61,399 bases of DNA, filler included, from 5 parts of 5 records of this genome joined end to end with filler, not necessarily neighbours in it; one strand, 5' to 3'. Numbered from the whole stretch's first letter, positions 31,490 through 42,616 are shown. Made by a program: numbers and translations. The notes: generated from the letters alone by a model not told the origin.

Positions 31490-31969
31490 TCAGAAAACCA
31501 GCGGTGCCTGATCGATGACTTCTTTCATCACGAAAAACGACCGGGTCTGGCGGACGCCGGGCAGGGTCAGCAGTTGTGTCCCATGCAGACGGCTGAAATC
31601 GTTCATATCCCGGACCCGGATTTTAAGGAAATAGTCGAAGTCACCGGCCACCAGATGGCAGTCGATGATGAACGGCATTTCCTGTGCCGCACTTTCGAAC
31701 GCTGCGAAGCTCTCGGGGGTTGAGCGGTCCAGCACCACCCCGACAATAACCAGCGCCCCCAGCCCGACCCCGTCCGGGGTGACGGCCGCCCGGGTGCCGG
31801 TGATATAGCCTTCATCGAACAGGCGCTGGGTGCGGCGGTGGCAGGTCGCCGGGCTGGCATTGATCTTTTTCGCCAGATCGGCGTTGGATATCCGTGAATC
31901 CGCCTGCAAGGCGCGGAGAATCCTGAGATCGGCGCGATCCAGTTTGGATAAATCGGTCATTTCTCTCAT
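31490..31969 (-). CDS. acdR: Lrp/AsnC regulator of ACC deaminase
   Basis: LDRADLRIL HTH, CHLVAGDFDYFLK; divergent from acdS. Confidence 0.88.
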   Translation of the reverse strand: MREMTDLSKLDRADLRILRALQADSRISNADLAKKINASPATCHRRTQRLFDEGYITGTRAAVTPDGVGLGALVIVGVVLDRSTPESFAAFESAAQEMPFIIDCHLVAGDFDYFLKIRVRDMNDFSRLHGTQLLTLPGVRQTRSFFVMKEVIDQAPLVF

Positions 31970-32109
31970 ATTCTATAATTATATTTATATAATCGTTCTT
32001 ATATTACTACTTTTTTTGAATAATCGATAGATTTTATTATGCATTATGAAAGCACATTTTTCCGGGTTTCGGTTACTGTTCAGACCACTGGCAATGAGGA
32101 ACCCTGATC
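31970..32109. promoter_or_regulatory. AT-rich divergent acdR/acdS promoter region
   Basis: Abrupt AT-rich tract in GC-rich DNA; GAGGA RBS before acdS. Confidence 0.65.
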
Positions 32110-33123
32110 ATGCTTGAGAAATTTGAACGCTATCCCCTGACCTTCGGTCCGACCCCGATCGAGAAACTGAACCGCCTGTCCGAACATCTGGGCGGCAAGG
32201 TCGATATCTATGCCAAACGTGAGGACTGCAACTCCGGGCTCGCTTTCGGTGGCAACAAACTCCGCAAGCTCGAATACATCGTCCCCGATGCGCTGGCATC
32301 CAACGCCGACACTTTGGTCTCCATCGGTGGCGTCCAGTCCAACCACACCCGACTGGTGGCTGCCGTCGCTGCCAAGATCGGCATGAAGTGCCGGCTGGTG
32401 CAGGAAAGCTGGGTACCGTTTCATGACGCTGTTTATGACCGCGTCGGCAACATTCTGCTGAGCCGTGTCATGGGTGCCGAGATTGAACTGGTCGACGAGG
32501 GCTTCGATATCGGCATTCGTGAAAGCTGGGAAAACGCACTGGAAGACGTCAAAGCGAAGGGCGGCAAGCCCTATGCGATCCCGGCAGGCGCCTCCGTTCA
32601 CAAATACGGCGGGCTGGGTTATGTCGGCTTTGCCGAGGAAGTTCGGGCGCAGGAAGCGGAAATGGGCATCAAGTTCGATTACGTCATCGTCTGCACGGTG
32701 ACCGGCTCGACCCACGCCGGCATGCTGGTCGGCTTCGCCAAGGACGGCCGCGCCGACAAGGTCATCGGCATCGACGCCTCGTTCACGGCGGACCAGACCC
32801 GTGCCCAGGTCATGCAGATCGCAAAGTGGACAGCGAAACTGGTCGAACTCGGCCGCGACATCACCGACGACGATCTGGTGCTGATCGAAGATTACGCCTA
32901 CCCCGCATACGGCATTCCCTCAGAGGAGACCAACGACGCGATCCGGCTCTGTGCCCGGCTTGAGGGCATGATGACCGACCCGGTCTATGAAGGGAAATCC
33001 ATGCAGGGACTGATCGACCTGGTGAAGAAGGATTACTTCCCGGCAGGCTCGAAAATTCTCTATGCCCACCTCGGTGGGGTGCCGGCGATCAACGGTTACA
33101 GCTACACGTACAGAAACGGCTGA
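32110..33123 (+). CDS. acdS: 1-aminocyclopropane-1-carboxylate deaminase
   Basis: [33 protein letters not shown] (Glu295-equivalent), YAHLGG (Leu322-equivalent). Confidence 0.96.
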   Translation: MLEKFERYPLTFGPTPIEKLNRLSEHLGGKVDIYAKREDCNSGLAFGGNKLRKLEYIVPDALASNADTLVSIGGVQSNHTRLVAAVAAKIGMKCRLVQESWVPFHDAVYDRVGNILLSRVMGAEIELVDEGFDIGIRESWENALEDVKAKGGKPYAIPAGASVHKYGGLGYVGFAEEVRAQEAEMGIKFDYVIVCTVTGSTHAGMLVGFAKDGRADKVIGIDASFTADQTRAQVMQIAKWTAKLVELGRDITDDDLVLIEDYAYPAYGIPSEETNDAIRLCARLEGMMTDPVYEGKSMQGLIDLVKKDYFPAGSKILYAHLGGVPAINGYSYTYRNG

Positions 33124-33148
33124 CATCTATTCCTGTCGACTCCCCCTG

Positions 33149-33199
33149 ACGCCATCCCGGCCGATCCACTGCAAACCGGTCGGGATGGCGTTCTTTTTT
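33149..33199 (+). terminator. Intrinsic terminator after acdS
   Basis: ACGCCATCCCGGCCG/CGGTCGGGATGGCGT stem followed by TCTTTTTT. Confidence 0.75.
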
Positions 33200-33220
33200 G
33201 CGCAAAACATATTCGGAAAG

Positions 33221-33263
33221 CCTCACCGGCTGCACTGCCCGCCCCTCTCCCTTGGAGAGAGTG
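33221..33263. repeat. Degenerate REP-like palindrome
   Basis: CCTCACCGG...CCCTCTCCC-TT-GGAGAGAGTG, similar to 31451-31488. Confidence 0.45.
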
Positions 33264-33389
33264 AGAGAAATTCAGTAACGACATGCCCTGTTTCCCGGCC
33301 GAAGTGCCGGGATCCATTATTGAGAGATTCTCGATGATCGCCGGTAGGTCCCGGATCGGCCACAAAGGCCGTCCGGGAAACGGGCGATC

Positions 33390-34001
33390 TTATAAAACGC
33401 CGAGGTTCCGTAGCCGATCCCGCAATCCCTCGATCCCCTCGAAAAGATGCGTGACCAGACCCGCTTCGTCGGCGGCGGCGATGTAGCGCGGGCTGTCGTC
33501 GATGAACAGCGTTGTATCCGCATCCCACCCCAGATGATCGAGAATCCCGGTAAAGCCCGAAGCGCGTTCCTTGTTGAAGCCATGCACCCCCGAGACAAAC
33601 AACCGCTCCCCGAACAGGGGCGATAGTTCGGGTGCGAGTTCATCGATATGTCGGTATAGAAACTCACCGTTGTTGGTCAGCAGGGCAATATCGAAACTCT
33701 CGGACAACTGCCGCGCCAGATCGATCATCATCGGCTCCGGGGCCATGGCCCACTTGCGCGCCGCCACCCACTGTCCCAGCCGCACCTCGACCCCGAGACG
33801 TTCCCCGATCCCGGCTATGTAGTCATCCAGAGTGATGTCGCCGTTGTCGGATTTATCTTCCCAGTCCTGATCGAATATCTTCTCTTTGATGACGGCGGCG
33901 GGCACGCCAAGCGCATCGGACAGCAGGTTCAGCCGGTTTTTGAAGTCATAGGCATAGAGAACCCCGTCCATATCGAACAGGACGGCGCGGATGTCGCTCA
34001 C
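33390..34001 (-). CDS. HAD-family hydrolase
   Basis: FDMDGV, LTNN, K, FIDD motifs. Confidence 0.9.
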   Translation of the reverse strand: MSDIRAVLFDMDGVLYAYDFKNRLNLLSDALGVPAAVIKEKIFDQDWEDKSDNGDITLDDYIAGIGERLGVEVRLGQWVAARKWAMAPEPMMIDLARQLSESFDIALLTNNGEFLYRHIDELAPELSPLFGERLFVSGVHGFNKERASGFTGILDHLGWDADTTLFIDDSPRYIAAADEAGLVTHLFEGIEGLRDRLRNLGVL

Positions 34002-34003
34002 GC

Positions 34004-34546
34004 TCAGCTCTTATGCTCGTTGAGACGCGGCATCAGTTCGACGAAGTTGCACGGCATGTGCCGGTAGTCGAACTGATGGACGAGAATGTCGTCCCAGGCG
34101 TCCTTGCAGGCACCCGTCGATCCCGGCAACACAAAGATATAGGTGCCGTCGGCAACCGCCGCCGTGGCCCGGGACTGCACCGTCGAGGTGGCGATTTTCT
34201 GATAGCTGAGCCAGCGGAACAGTTCACCGAAGCCGGGGATTTCCTTATCGGTGACCTGTTTCAGGGCCTCCGGCGTCACATCGCGGCCGGTAACACCGGT
34301 CCCGCCCGTGGAAATCACCACGTCGACCGTGCTGTCGGCAATCCAGGCCCGGAACTGATCGGCGATGATACCGGCGTCGTCCTTGCAGATCTTCCGGTCG
34401 GCAACGATATGCCCGGCGCCTTCGATCCTGGCCACCAGCGTATCGCCGGACCGGTCGTCGGCCAGCGTCCGGGTATCAGATACGGTCAGGACGGCAATGT
34501 TGACGGGTTTGAATTCGCGGTCAGTCGAGAGGGGCATTTGCGGCAA
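34004..34546 (-). CDS. moaB: Molybdenum cofactor biosynthesis protein B
   Basis: [37 protein letters not shown]. Confidence 0.93.
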   Translation of the reverse strand: MPQMPLSTDREFKPVNIAVLTVSDTRTLADDRSGDTLVARIEGAGHIVADRKICKDDAGIIADQFRAWIADSTVDVVISTGGTGVTGRDVTPEALKQVTDKEIPGFGELFRWLSYQKIATSTVQSRATAAVADGTYIFVLPGSTGACKDAWDDILVHQFDYRHMPCNFVELMPRLNEHKS

Positions 34547-34575
34547 TCTCCGAATCTCCGGGTCCCATGGCCTCA

Positions 34576-34675
34576 NNNNNNNNNNNNNNNNNNNNNNNNN
34601 NNNNNNNNNNNNNNNNNNNTTAATTAATTAANNNNNNNNNNNNNNNNNNNNNNNNNNNNNNNNNNNNNNNNNNNN
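34576..34675. other. Artificial contig spacer
   Basis: N run containing TTAATTAATTAA. Confidence 0.99.
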
Positions 34676-35468
34676 CGAGATCGTCACGCTGATCGGACCC
34701 AACGGCTCGGGCAAATCCACCACCGCCAAGATTGCGCTCGGAGTGATCAAACCCGACGAGGGCAGCGCACACCGTAAACCCGGCCTGCGCGTCGGCTATG
34801 TACCGCAGAAGCTTTCGGTCGACTGGACCTTGCCGCTGACCGTGGCGCGCTTCATGCGGCTGACAGGCGGCGTATCGGCTCAGGCCACCGAGCAGGCGCT
34901 GGAAGCCACCGGCATATCGCATCTGATGGGCTCGGAAGTGCGCAATCTTTCCGGCGGCGAATTCCAGCGCGCCATGCTGGCCCGCGCCATCGCCCGCAAG
35001 CCCGATCTGCTGGTTCTCGACGAACCGGTGCAGGGCGTCGACTACTCGGGCGAGATCGCACTTTACAATCTCATCAAGCAGATCCGCGACGACATCGGCT
35101 GCGGCGTCCTGCTGATTTCGCATGATTTGCATGTGGTGATGGCGGCCACCGACCGGGTGATCTGCCTCAATGGCCATGTCTGCTGTCAGGGCACACCGGT
35201 CGCCGTGGCCTCGAGCGATGTCTACCGCCGGATGTTCGGTGACCGGGTTGATGCAACGCTGGCTGTCTATGAGCACGATCACGATCACACCCATCTGCCC
35301 GATGGCACGGTGCGTCACGCCGACGGATCGGTGACGGCCAGCTGCCACCCCGATGACGGCCACCATGATGAAGATCATGCCGCTCATGGCCACGATCACG
35401 ATCATCATCATGCGCCCAGCCACAGCACTGTTTCCAAATCAGGGGAGGGCACGCGCGATGCTGGATGA
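34676..35468 (+). CDS. znuC: Zinc ABC transporter ATPase (5' partial)
   Basis: GPNGSGKST, LSGGE, LDEP, ICLNGHVCC, His-rich tail. Confidence 0.92.
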
Positions 35469-36303
35469 TTTCTTCACCCGCGCAATTCTCGCAGGCCTTG
35501 GCGTTGCGCTGGTTGCCGGACCGCTGGGCTGTTTCATCATCTGGCGAAGGCTTGCCTATTTCGGCGATACGCTGTCCCATGCTGCCCTTCTCGGCGTTGC
35601 ACTGGCGTTCCTGTTGGAGGTCAACATCACGCTCGCCGTCTTTGCTGTTTCGGTGCTGATCTCGCTGGCTTTGCTCCTGCTGCAAAAACGCGCCACGCTG
35701 TCATCCGATGCTCTGCTTGGCCTGCTGTCACATTCGGCGCTGGCCCTGGGCCTCGTGGCGCTGGCCTTCATGACCTGGGTGCGCATGGACCTGATGGGCC
35801 TGCTGTTCGGCGATATTCTTGCTGTCTCCAAGACCGACATCGCCGTCATCTGGGCTGGCGGCATCGCCGTGCTGGTGGTGCTGGCGCTGATCTGGCGGCC
35901 GCTGTTTGCCGCCACCGTCAGCGCCGAACTGGCCGAAGCCGAAGGCATGCACCCCGACCGCGCCAATCTGGTGTTCATGATCCTGATGGCCACCGTCATT
36001 GCCATGTCGATCAAGATCGTCGGTGTGCTGCTGATCACCGCCATGCTGATCATTCCAGCCGCCACCGCCCGGCGCTTTGCCTCCGGGCCGGAACAGATGG
36101 CAATCTTTGCCTCGCTTGCCGGAATGGCGGCGATCGTGCTCGGTCTTGAAAGTTCGCTGAGATGGGACACACCATCCGGCCCGAGCATCGTGGTTGCGGC
36201 CCTTGTGTTGTTCCTGGTTGCCATGTCCCCCATCGGCGCACTCATCATGCGGCTCGTGCGTGGCCGCACGCCTCCGGCCAAAGCAGGCGGAACCTCATCA
36301 TGA
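35458..36303 (+). CDS. znuB: Zinc ABC transporter permease
   Basis: MLDDFFTRA..AYFGDTLSHAALLG..LFGDIL..DTPSGPSIV. Confidence 0.93.
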   Translation: MLDDFFTRAILAGLGVALVAGPLGCFIIWRRLAYFGDTLSHAALLGVALAFLLEVNITLAVFAVSVLISLALLLLQKRATLSSDALLGLLSHSALALGLVALAFMTWVRMDLMGLLFGDILAVSKTDIAVIWAGGIAVLVVLALIWRPLFAATVSAELAEAEGMHPDRANLVFMILMATVIAMSIKIVGVLLITAMLIIPAATARRFASGPEQMAIFASLAGMAAIVLGLESSLRWDTPSGPSIVVAALVLFLVAMSPIGALIMRLVRGRTPPAKAGGTSS

Positions 36304-36722
36304 ACCAGAACACCCATACCCACGATCGTGGGCGCGCTCCTTCCGGCCTGACCAAGAACCAGTCGCTGGTGTTTGGCGCGCTGTCGCGCGCCGAAGGTCC
36401 ATTGTCGGCCTACACCATTCTCGATCAGCTTCGCGACGATGGTTTCCGCGCGCCGCTGCAGGTCTACCGGGCGCTCGACAAGCTGGTCGAGACCGGCATG
36501 GTCCACCGCCTCGAAAGCCTCAACGCCTTCGTCGCCTGCAGCCACCCCGGCTGCGACAGCCACGAAACCATCGCCTTTGCGATCTGCGAGACCTGCGGCA
36601 AGGTCACGGAAATTTCCGACGAAGCTCTGGAGACCAGGCTGCGAGACCTGGCCCGCGAGGATGGGTTTACCGTCAAACGCGCGGTGGTCGAACTGCGCGG
36701 GTTATGCGCCGGTTGCAGTTAG
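36300..36722 (+). CDS. zur: Zinc uptake regulator (Fur family)
   Basis: VYRALDKL, VHRLES, CETC and CAGC; follows znuB. Confidence 0.9.
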   Translation: MNQNTHTHDRGRAPSGLTKNQSLVFGALSRAEGPLSAYTILDQLRDDGFRAPLQVYRALDKLVETGMVHRLESLNAFVACSHPGCDSHETIAFAICETCGKVTEISDEALETRLRDLAREDGFTVKRAVVELRGLCAGCS

Positions 36723-36759
36723 GCGCAAAAGCAGTCGCCATTCTCACAGCCAGCAACTC

Positions 36760-38169
36760 TCATTCTGAAGCATCAGGAAGTGGTGGCATGCGGTTCCATG
36801 CATCCAGTGCCGCAATCTTGTAGGCCTCTGCAAGTGTCGGATAATTGAACGCGTTCTCGACGAAATACTCGAGCGTTCCTTTGAGATTGAGCACCGCCTG
36901 GCCAATGTGGATCAGTTCCGTCGCACCTTCGCCGACGATGTGGCAGCCCAGCAGCCTGCGGGTCTTGAGCGAGAAGATCATCTTCAGCATCCCGGTGCTC
37001 AGTCCCATGATGTGGCCGCGCGATGTTTCCCGGAAACGGGCGATCCCGCATTCATAGGAAATTCCACGTTCGATGACTTCCTCTTCGGTCATGCCGATGG
37101 TCGACATTTCCGGCACCGAGTAGATTCCGTAGGGAAAGAATTTTGGCGGCTCATGCGCCCGCATGCCCAGCGCATGGCAGGCCGCGATCCGGCCCTGTTC
37201 CATCGAGGTCGAGGCAAGGCTCGGAAACCCGATAACGTCGCCAGCTGCATAAATGCTCGGCACGTCGGTCACGAATGTGGTCGGATCGACCTTGATCCGC
37301 CCGCGGCTGTCGCTCTCAAGTCCGCAAGCCTCCAGGTTGAGAGTGGATGTGGCGCCCATCCTGCCTGCTGCGAACAGCACCATTTCCGCACGGACGTTGC
37401 GGCCGCCCTCCATCTGGATCTCGCACATGCCGTTGTCGAGCTTGCTGATCTTTTCCGCCTTCTTGCCAAAGCGCAGCACCATGCCGCGGTCTTTCAGCTG
37501 ATGGGTAAAATCGTCGATCAGCTCCCTGTCGATGAAGTCGAGCATGGTGTCACGCGGCTCAATCAGCGTCACATGCACATCGAGCGAGCTGAAGATCGTG
37601 GCATATTCAATGCCGATGACGCCGGCGCCGATCACCGCGATCGAACGCGGCAGGTGATCGAGCGTCAGGATCCCGTCACTGTCGAATACGCTCTTGCCAT
37701 CAAACGGCACATAATCGGGACGGAACGGAACCGTGCCGACAGCCAGCAGAATCGACCCGGCAGCGAATTCGAAGGTCTCGCCCTGCTCGCCCTCAACCTC
37801 GATGGTGGTCTTGTCCTTGAACCGCGCATCGCCGCGCAAGGTGGTCACCTGGTTGCGGGCGAACTGGTGCTCGAGCACCTCGATCTCATGGTTCAGCGTG
37901 ATGTCGAGCCGCGCGCGCAGATCATTGGCTGTCAGATCCTGCTTGACCCGGTAGGAGCGCCCGTAGAATCCGCGTTCGCGCCAGCCCGAAAGGTTTAGCG
38001 CCGTTTCGCGCAGGGTTTTCGAAGGGATGGTGCCGGTATGAACCGAAACTCCGCCAACCCGTCCGCCGCGCTCCACAACCAGAACCTTCTTGCCGAATTT
38101 CGCCGCCTGAATGGCTGCACGCCGTCCGGCAGGGCCGCTGCCGATGACGATAAAGTCGTAATGTTCCAT
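36760..38169 (-). CDS. sthA: Soluble pyridine nucleotide transhydrogenase
   Basis: GSGPAG, HTGTIPSKTLRE lacking the redox Cys pair, GDVIGFPSLAS, FNYPTLAEAYK. Confidence 0.93.
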   Translation of the reverse strand: MEHYDFIVIGSGPAGRRAAIQAAKFGKKVLVVERGGRVGGVSVHTGTIPSKTLRETALNLSGWRERGFYGRSYRVKQDLTANDLRARLDITLNHEIEVLEHQFARNQVTTLRGDARFKDKTTIEVEGEQGETFEFAAGSILLAVGTVPFRPDYVPFDGKSVFDSDGILTLDHLPRSIAVIGAGVIGIEYATIFSSLDVHVTLIEPRDTMLDFIDRELIDDFTHQLKDRGMVLRFGKKAEKISKLDNGMCEIQMEGGRNVRAEMVLFAAGRMGATSTLNLEACGLESDSRGRIKVDPTTFVTDVPSIYAAGDVIGFPSLASTSMEQGRIAACHALGMRAHEPPKFFPYGIYSVPEMSTIGMTEEEVIERGISYECGIARFRETSRGHIMGLSTGMLKMIFSLKTRRLLGCHIVGEGATELIHIGQAVLNLKGTLEYFVENAFNYPTLAEAYKIAALDAWNRMPPLPDASE

Positions 38170-38517
38170 AGGCCGAGCATCCAGGTTGGGATTTGTGTAA
38201 AACTTTCATCAATTTGAACACGAAGTTTCTAATGAAACCTTGCTGCGCTGCGGCGAAATCTCTCGGGGTCATCTCCAGCCCAATTGGCGCCCGAGCGGTA
38301 GAGCCAGCCCGGTTCGGAGTTGGCGCTTCAGCAAAGGCCGGTCAATACTGCATTGCCTTGTACTGAGTGCTGCCAATCGGTGCTTGAACGGCACGCTTTC
38401 GCTCGCGCCGCACTTGGCTTTCTAAATGGATCCAAATGCGTTATGCCGCATCACCTGTTGGTCAAAACAGCGCCGGATCGGGCGCATTTGATGTGATAAT
38501 TTGCTGGGGTTCTGGGT

Positions 38518-39330
38518 ATGTCGTTGCTGGGTCGGTGGTTCTACAAGTCGCGGAAATTTTACGATGATGATTTTGACTGGGACACCTACACCGCCGATTC
38601 TTATGAGCGCAGGCTGGTTGGGGTTGTCGAGCGTGAACACCAGGCTGTGGCCAAAACGGGCGAGCTGAGCTTTGACGGTGCGACCGGGCATGTAACCTCT
38701 GCGGTCCGCCCAATTCACCCCAATCAACAGGCAATCCTGGAGGCAATCGGGCAGTTGAAGCCTTTGTCAGTCCATGAGGTCGGATGCGGCGGCGGCGATC
38801 ATCTGGCCAATGGCAAGGGATTGTATCCCGATGTTGCCTTTTCAGGTGCCGACAGGGGACAGACCCAGCTTGATCTTGCTGCCAAACGGCACCCGGAGCT
38901 CGCCAGCGAACTGTCTTTGCAAGACATTACGATGCCTTTCTCCCGGCACTGGCCGCGCGCGGATATGGTCTACAGCCAGACCGTATTGATGCACATCCAC
39001 ACAGCTGTGAGCCATTTTGTCGGCTTGGCCAATATGGTCAATACCGCGAACAGGTTTGTCCTGATCATGGAAAACCAGCAATGCCACAATTTCGTGCGCG
39101 ATATTGAAAACCTCTGGAACGGCGGTCATTTCAATTGGGACACCATGCACATGTACCGTTTTGATGGGTCCACCGGTGCGCGGACCATTTTGCTGTCCAA
39201 GGAGCCACTGGATTTTCCTGTTCTGACCAGCGACGCACAGTTGCGGGAGGGCGTCAAACCATCGCAACGGCGTCTCAAACGCGCGGACGAGGACAGTGTG
39301 CGGGGCTCGTTCGGCATCCCTCTAGGCTGA
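38518..39330 (+). CDS. Class I SAM-dependent methyltransferase
   Basis: HEVGCGGG motif I, SGAD, VLMHI. Confidence 0.8.
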   Translation: MSLLGRWFYKSRKFYDDDFDWDTYTADSYERRLVGVVEREHQAVAKTGELSFDGATGHVTSAVRPIHPNQQAILEAIGQLKPLSVHEVGCGGGDHLANGKGLYPDVAFSGADRGQTQLDLAAKRHPELASELSLQDITMPFSRHWPRADMVYSQTVLMHIHTAVSHFVGLANMVNTANRFVLIMENQQCHNFVRDIENLWNGGHFNWDTMHMYRFDGSTGARTILLSKEPLDFPVLTSDAQLREGVKPSQRRLKRADEDSVRGSFGIPLG

Positions 39331-39474
39331 ATTCGGTTTTTGAGACCAGTTCACCGAAGCGTCGGGGTTCGTGGGCCGATTTGCTGGCAGCGTTCATCGG
39401 TGGTCAAGCCGCTAACGATCATGTAGTTTTGCAAACGATAGTTGCATTGAGGGCTTTGCCGGGGTGATCAAATA

Positions 39475-41658
39475 ATGAGCCAGCGCATTTCGTGGTCAGA
39501 TGCGCCCGCACTGCAGGCACTGATCGATGCCATGCGCGACGGCGTTGCCGTCATGTCGCAAGATGGAACGATCGAATGTGTCAATCATGCCTGGCGGCAG
39601 TTCGCTGTCGACAACGGCGGTGATCCCAAAGGCCATTATGTCGGCGAAAACTACCTTTTGATCTGTCGCAAAAGTGCTCAGCAGGGCGATGCGCTGGCCG
39701 CAAAAGTCGAGGCCGGGCTCAAGCAGATGCTTGAGACTGGTGTCGATTTTCGGGTTCAGTACCCGTGCCACTCCGATACAGAACAGCGCTGGTTCGAGTT
39801 GCTGGCAGCGCCGCTTGAGCTCAACGCAGCGCGCTACGCACTGATCACCCACCGCAATATTACCACACAGGAACTTGCCCGGATCGAACTGACCGATGCC
39901 GAGCAGAACACCCGAAACCTCTCCGCCATCGTCGCCACCATGCCCGACGCGGTCATAGCCTTTGATCTTCAGGGGCTGATTACCAGCTGGAATGCGGCTG
40001 CGGACAAGCTCTACGGCTATCAAAGTGGCGGCATGGTCGGCCAGTCCATCGAAATGCTCTATCCCTCTGACTGGCCACAGGGCGCCAGCGATTACATTGC
40101 CGAGATCATTAAGAGCGAGATCAAGTATTTTGACGTTGTCCGCCAGACCAAATCAGCGGACCTGCGCACCATTGCGGTTACCGCCGCTCCGGTCAGATCC
40201 GCCACCGGCGAGGTGGTCGGTGTCTCAACCGTTCATCGGGACGTGACTGATGAACGCCTGGCCGAGCAGCGGCTGCGCAGCGTTCTCGACAATCTCTTCG
40301 CCTTCGTCGGTGTGCTCGAGCCGGACGGCACGCTGGTGGAAGCCAACCGCGCTCCGCTGGAAGCCGCCGGGATCGAGGCGAAGGACGTTGTTGGCAAGAA
40401 ATTCTGGGATTGCTACTGGTGGAATTACGCGCCCGAAATCCAGAGCCAGTTGCAGCAATCGTGTGAACGCGCCCTCGCTGGTGAAATCATCCGCTATGAT
40501 GTTCCGGTCCGGGTTGCGGGCGAGCATCTGCTTTGGATCGATTTTCAGCTGGCGCCGCTTCTTGATGCCGATGGTGTGGTCGTCAACCTGATACCGTCAG
40601 GCATCGATATCTCCGAGCGCAAGGCAATGATGCAGGCGCTCAAGACCTCCCACGACACGTTCAAGGACATGGTGGCAGGATCCCCCTTCGGCATCTACAC
40701 GGTCGACGCCGATTTCCGTCTCGCCCACGTCAGCAATGGCGCACAATCGGTCTTCGAGAATGTCCGTCCTTTGATCGGTCGTGATTTTTCCGAGGCGCTG
40801 AAGATAATCTGGCCCGATCCTTTTGCCTCAGAGGCGATCAAACTGTTCCGGCACACGCTGCAAACCGGTGAGCCCTATCATGCACCCTCGACCATCGAGC
40901 GCCGGCAAGACAGCAACGAGCTCGAGGCCTACGACTGGAAGATCGAGCGCATCACCATGCCGGATGGCCGGTTGGGTGTTGTCTGCAATTTCTATGATTT
41001 GTCCGAGCGTCAGAGGTATGACGAGCACATCCGTTACCTGATGCGCGAGGTCAACCATCGCTCCAAGAATCTGCTGACCGTGGTTCTGTCCATGGCCCGC
41101 CAGACAGCCCGCAACAGCCCGCCGGCGGAGTTCATAGACCGCTTTTCCCAGCGGCTCTATGCCTTGTCGAGCTCTCAGGACCTTATCGTCCAGGGAAACT
41201 GGGGCGGCGTCAGCATCAAGGGATTGGTGGAATCCCAACTTCAGCACCTGGGCGAGGAGGTCAAGGCCAACCGGATCAGGATCGAAGGCCCCGAGATGGT
41301 GGTCACACCCACTGCCGCGCAGGGCATCGGCATGGCGCTGCATGAGCTGTCGACCAATGCGCTGAAATACGGTTCGCTGTCAGGAACTGCGGGAACAGTC
41401 CTGGTTGACTGGGAGACCACAGCAGACGGCAAGTCATTCGCGATCCGGTGGACCGAAAAGGGTGGCCCACTGGTCAGTCCTCCTGAACACAAGGGCTTCG
41501 GACGAACCGTCATCGAGCGGATGGCAGCACTGTCGGTCGGTGGCACAGTGGAGCTGGATTATGCGCCCGAAGGTGTGCAATGGAAGCTGACAGCCCCGTT
41601 TGAAGAGGTCGCTTTGGCCGGTGGCGCCGAGCTGATCAAGACGCCCGGTGAAGTTTGA
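39475..41658 (+). CDS. Multi-PAS HWE-family histidine kinase
   Basis: About four PAS repeats; EVNHRSKNLL, HELSTNALKYG, WTEKGGP, GFG. Confidence 0.92.
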   Translation: MSQRISWSDAPALQALIDAMRDGVAVMSQDGTIECVNHAWRQFAVDNGGDPKGHYVGENYLLICRKSAQQGDALAAKVEAGLKQMLETGVDFRVQYPCHSDTEQRWFELLAAPLELNAARYALITHRNITTQELARIELTDAEQNTRNLSAIVATMPDAVIAFDLQGLITSWNAAADKLYGYQSGGMVGQSIEMLYPSDWPQGASDYIAEIIKSEIKYFDVVRQTKSADLRTIAVTAAPVRSATGEVVGVSTVHRDVTDERLAEQRLRSVLDNLFAFVGVLEPDGTLVEANRAPLEAAGIEAKDVVGKKFWDCYWWNYAPEIQSQLQQSCERALAGEIIRYDVPVRVAGEHLLWIDFQLAPLLDADGVVVNLIPSGIDISERKAMMQALKTSHDTFKDMVAGSPFGIYTVDADFRLAHVSNGAQSVFENVRPLIGRDFSEALKIIWPDPFASEAIKLFRHTLQTGEPYHAPSTIERRQDSNELEAYDWKIERITMPDGRLGVVCNFYDLSERQRYDEHIRYLMREVNHRSKNLLTVVLSMARQTARNSPPAEFIDRFSQRLYALSSSQDLIVQGNWGGVSIKGLVESQLQHLGEEVKANRIRIEGPEMVVTPTAAQGIGMALHELSTNALKYGSLSGTAGTVLVDWETTADGKSFAIRWTEKGGPLVSPPEHKGFGRTVIERMAALSVGGTVELDYAPEGVQWKLTAPFEEVALAGGAELIKTPGEV

Positions 41659-41845
41659 GTGTCCAGGTGCAGTTTTTCGGGCTGTTCTGGCCCTTGCCTG
41701 ACGGGGCCCTGCAAGACATCAATCCGAGTGAACACCAGAAATCCTGAGCCTGACCCATGTCGCGGAAAATCGCTACGCACTTTTGCGCGACATGGCGAAA
41801 CGAAGAGGGAGGGTGCGTCACCCGGATCCGGTTTGATGCAATGCT

Positions 41846-42616
41846 TTAGAAGAAGTAGCGGATGGTCTGATAGGTTGCGATGCAGCATATGAGAGAGCCA
41901 ACCATTCGCAAAAGCCAGTCTTCGCGAATGTGCCTGACAAAAAAAGCCGCCAGTGGTGCAGCGAAAACACCGCCCACAATCAATCCTGCAACAGGTACAA
42001 GGGTTGCACCCAGACCGTCAGCGTCGCTCCAGTGGCCTGTAAACAGGGCGACCAGGAAAGTAAGCGACACCGAGAGCGTGACCAGAAACTCTGCTGCATT
42101 GACTGTGCCGATGACGTATCGCGGTGTACCGCCTGCACCCAGAAGACCTGTCGTCACCACAGGACCCCAACCCCCACCACCCGCGGCATCAAGGAAACCA
42201 CCCGTGAAGCCAAGGGGCGCAACAACGGTCGCAGGCACCGGCTTGGACGGGATTTTCTTGAATGAGCGGATCAGCAGATAAATACCGATAAGTGCAAGAT
42301 AGGTGGTCACAAACGGTTTGGCGGCGGATGCGTCAATCGATGTCAGAACATAGGCGCCAAGGCAGCCACCCAGGACACCAAAGGGCGCGAGGTGCCAGAA
42401 CAGTTTCCAGTCGATATTCTTGTTATACAAATGCGAGCTGCCGGATGCGGCTGTTGTAAAAAGTTCTGCGGAATGGATGGCAGCCGACGCCTGCGCGGGC
42501 GAAACCCCGGTTGCGATCAAGACTGTTGACGAAATCACTCCGTAAGCCATGCCCAGCGCGCCGTCGACCGCCTGGGCGAAGAAACCAATCACAAGGAACA
42601 ACAGGAATTCAGTCAC
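41846..42616 (-). CDS. TauE/SafE sulfite exporter family protein
   Basis: VDGALGMAYG, DAAGGGGWGP; GGAG before GTG at 42616. Confidence 0.88.
   Translation of the reverse strand: MTEFLLFLVIGFFAQAVDGALGMAYGVISSTVLIATGVSPAQASAAIHSAELFTTAASGSSHLYNKNIDWKLFWHLAPFGVLGGCLGAYVLTSIDASAAKPFVTTYLALIGIYLLIRSFKKIPSKPVPATVVAPLGFTGGFLDAAGGGGWGPVVTTGLLGAGGTPRYVIGTVNAAEFLVTLSVSLTFLVALFTGHWSDADGLGATLVPVAGLIVGGVFAAPLAAFFVRHIREDWLLRMVGSLICCIATYQTIRYFF

Noticed and set aside
35270-35425. His/Asp-rich repeat at the end of znuC
   Set aside because: His-rich tails are usual in alphaproteobacterial ZnuC; coding low complexity, not a DNA repeat system.
35556-37998. Long antisense ORFs (35556-36563, 36907-37998 and similar)
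   Set aside because: Shadow frames of well-supported GC-rich genes; no motifs.
39475-41658. Possible LOV photoreceptor kinase
   Set aside because: No GxNCRFLQ motif in any PAS repeat; treated as an ordinary PAS-HWE kinase.
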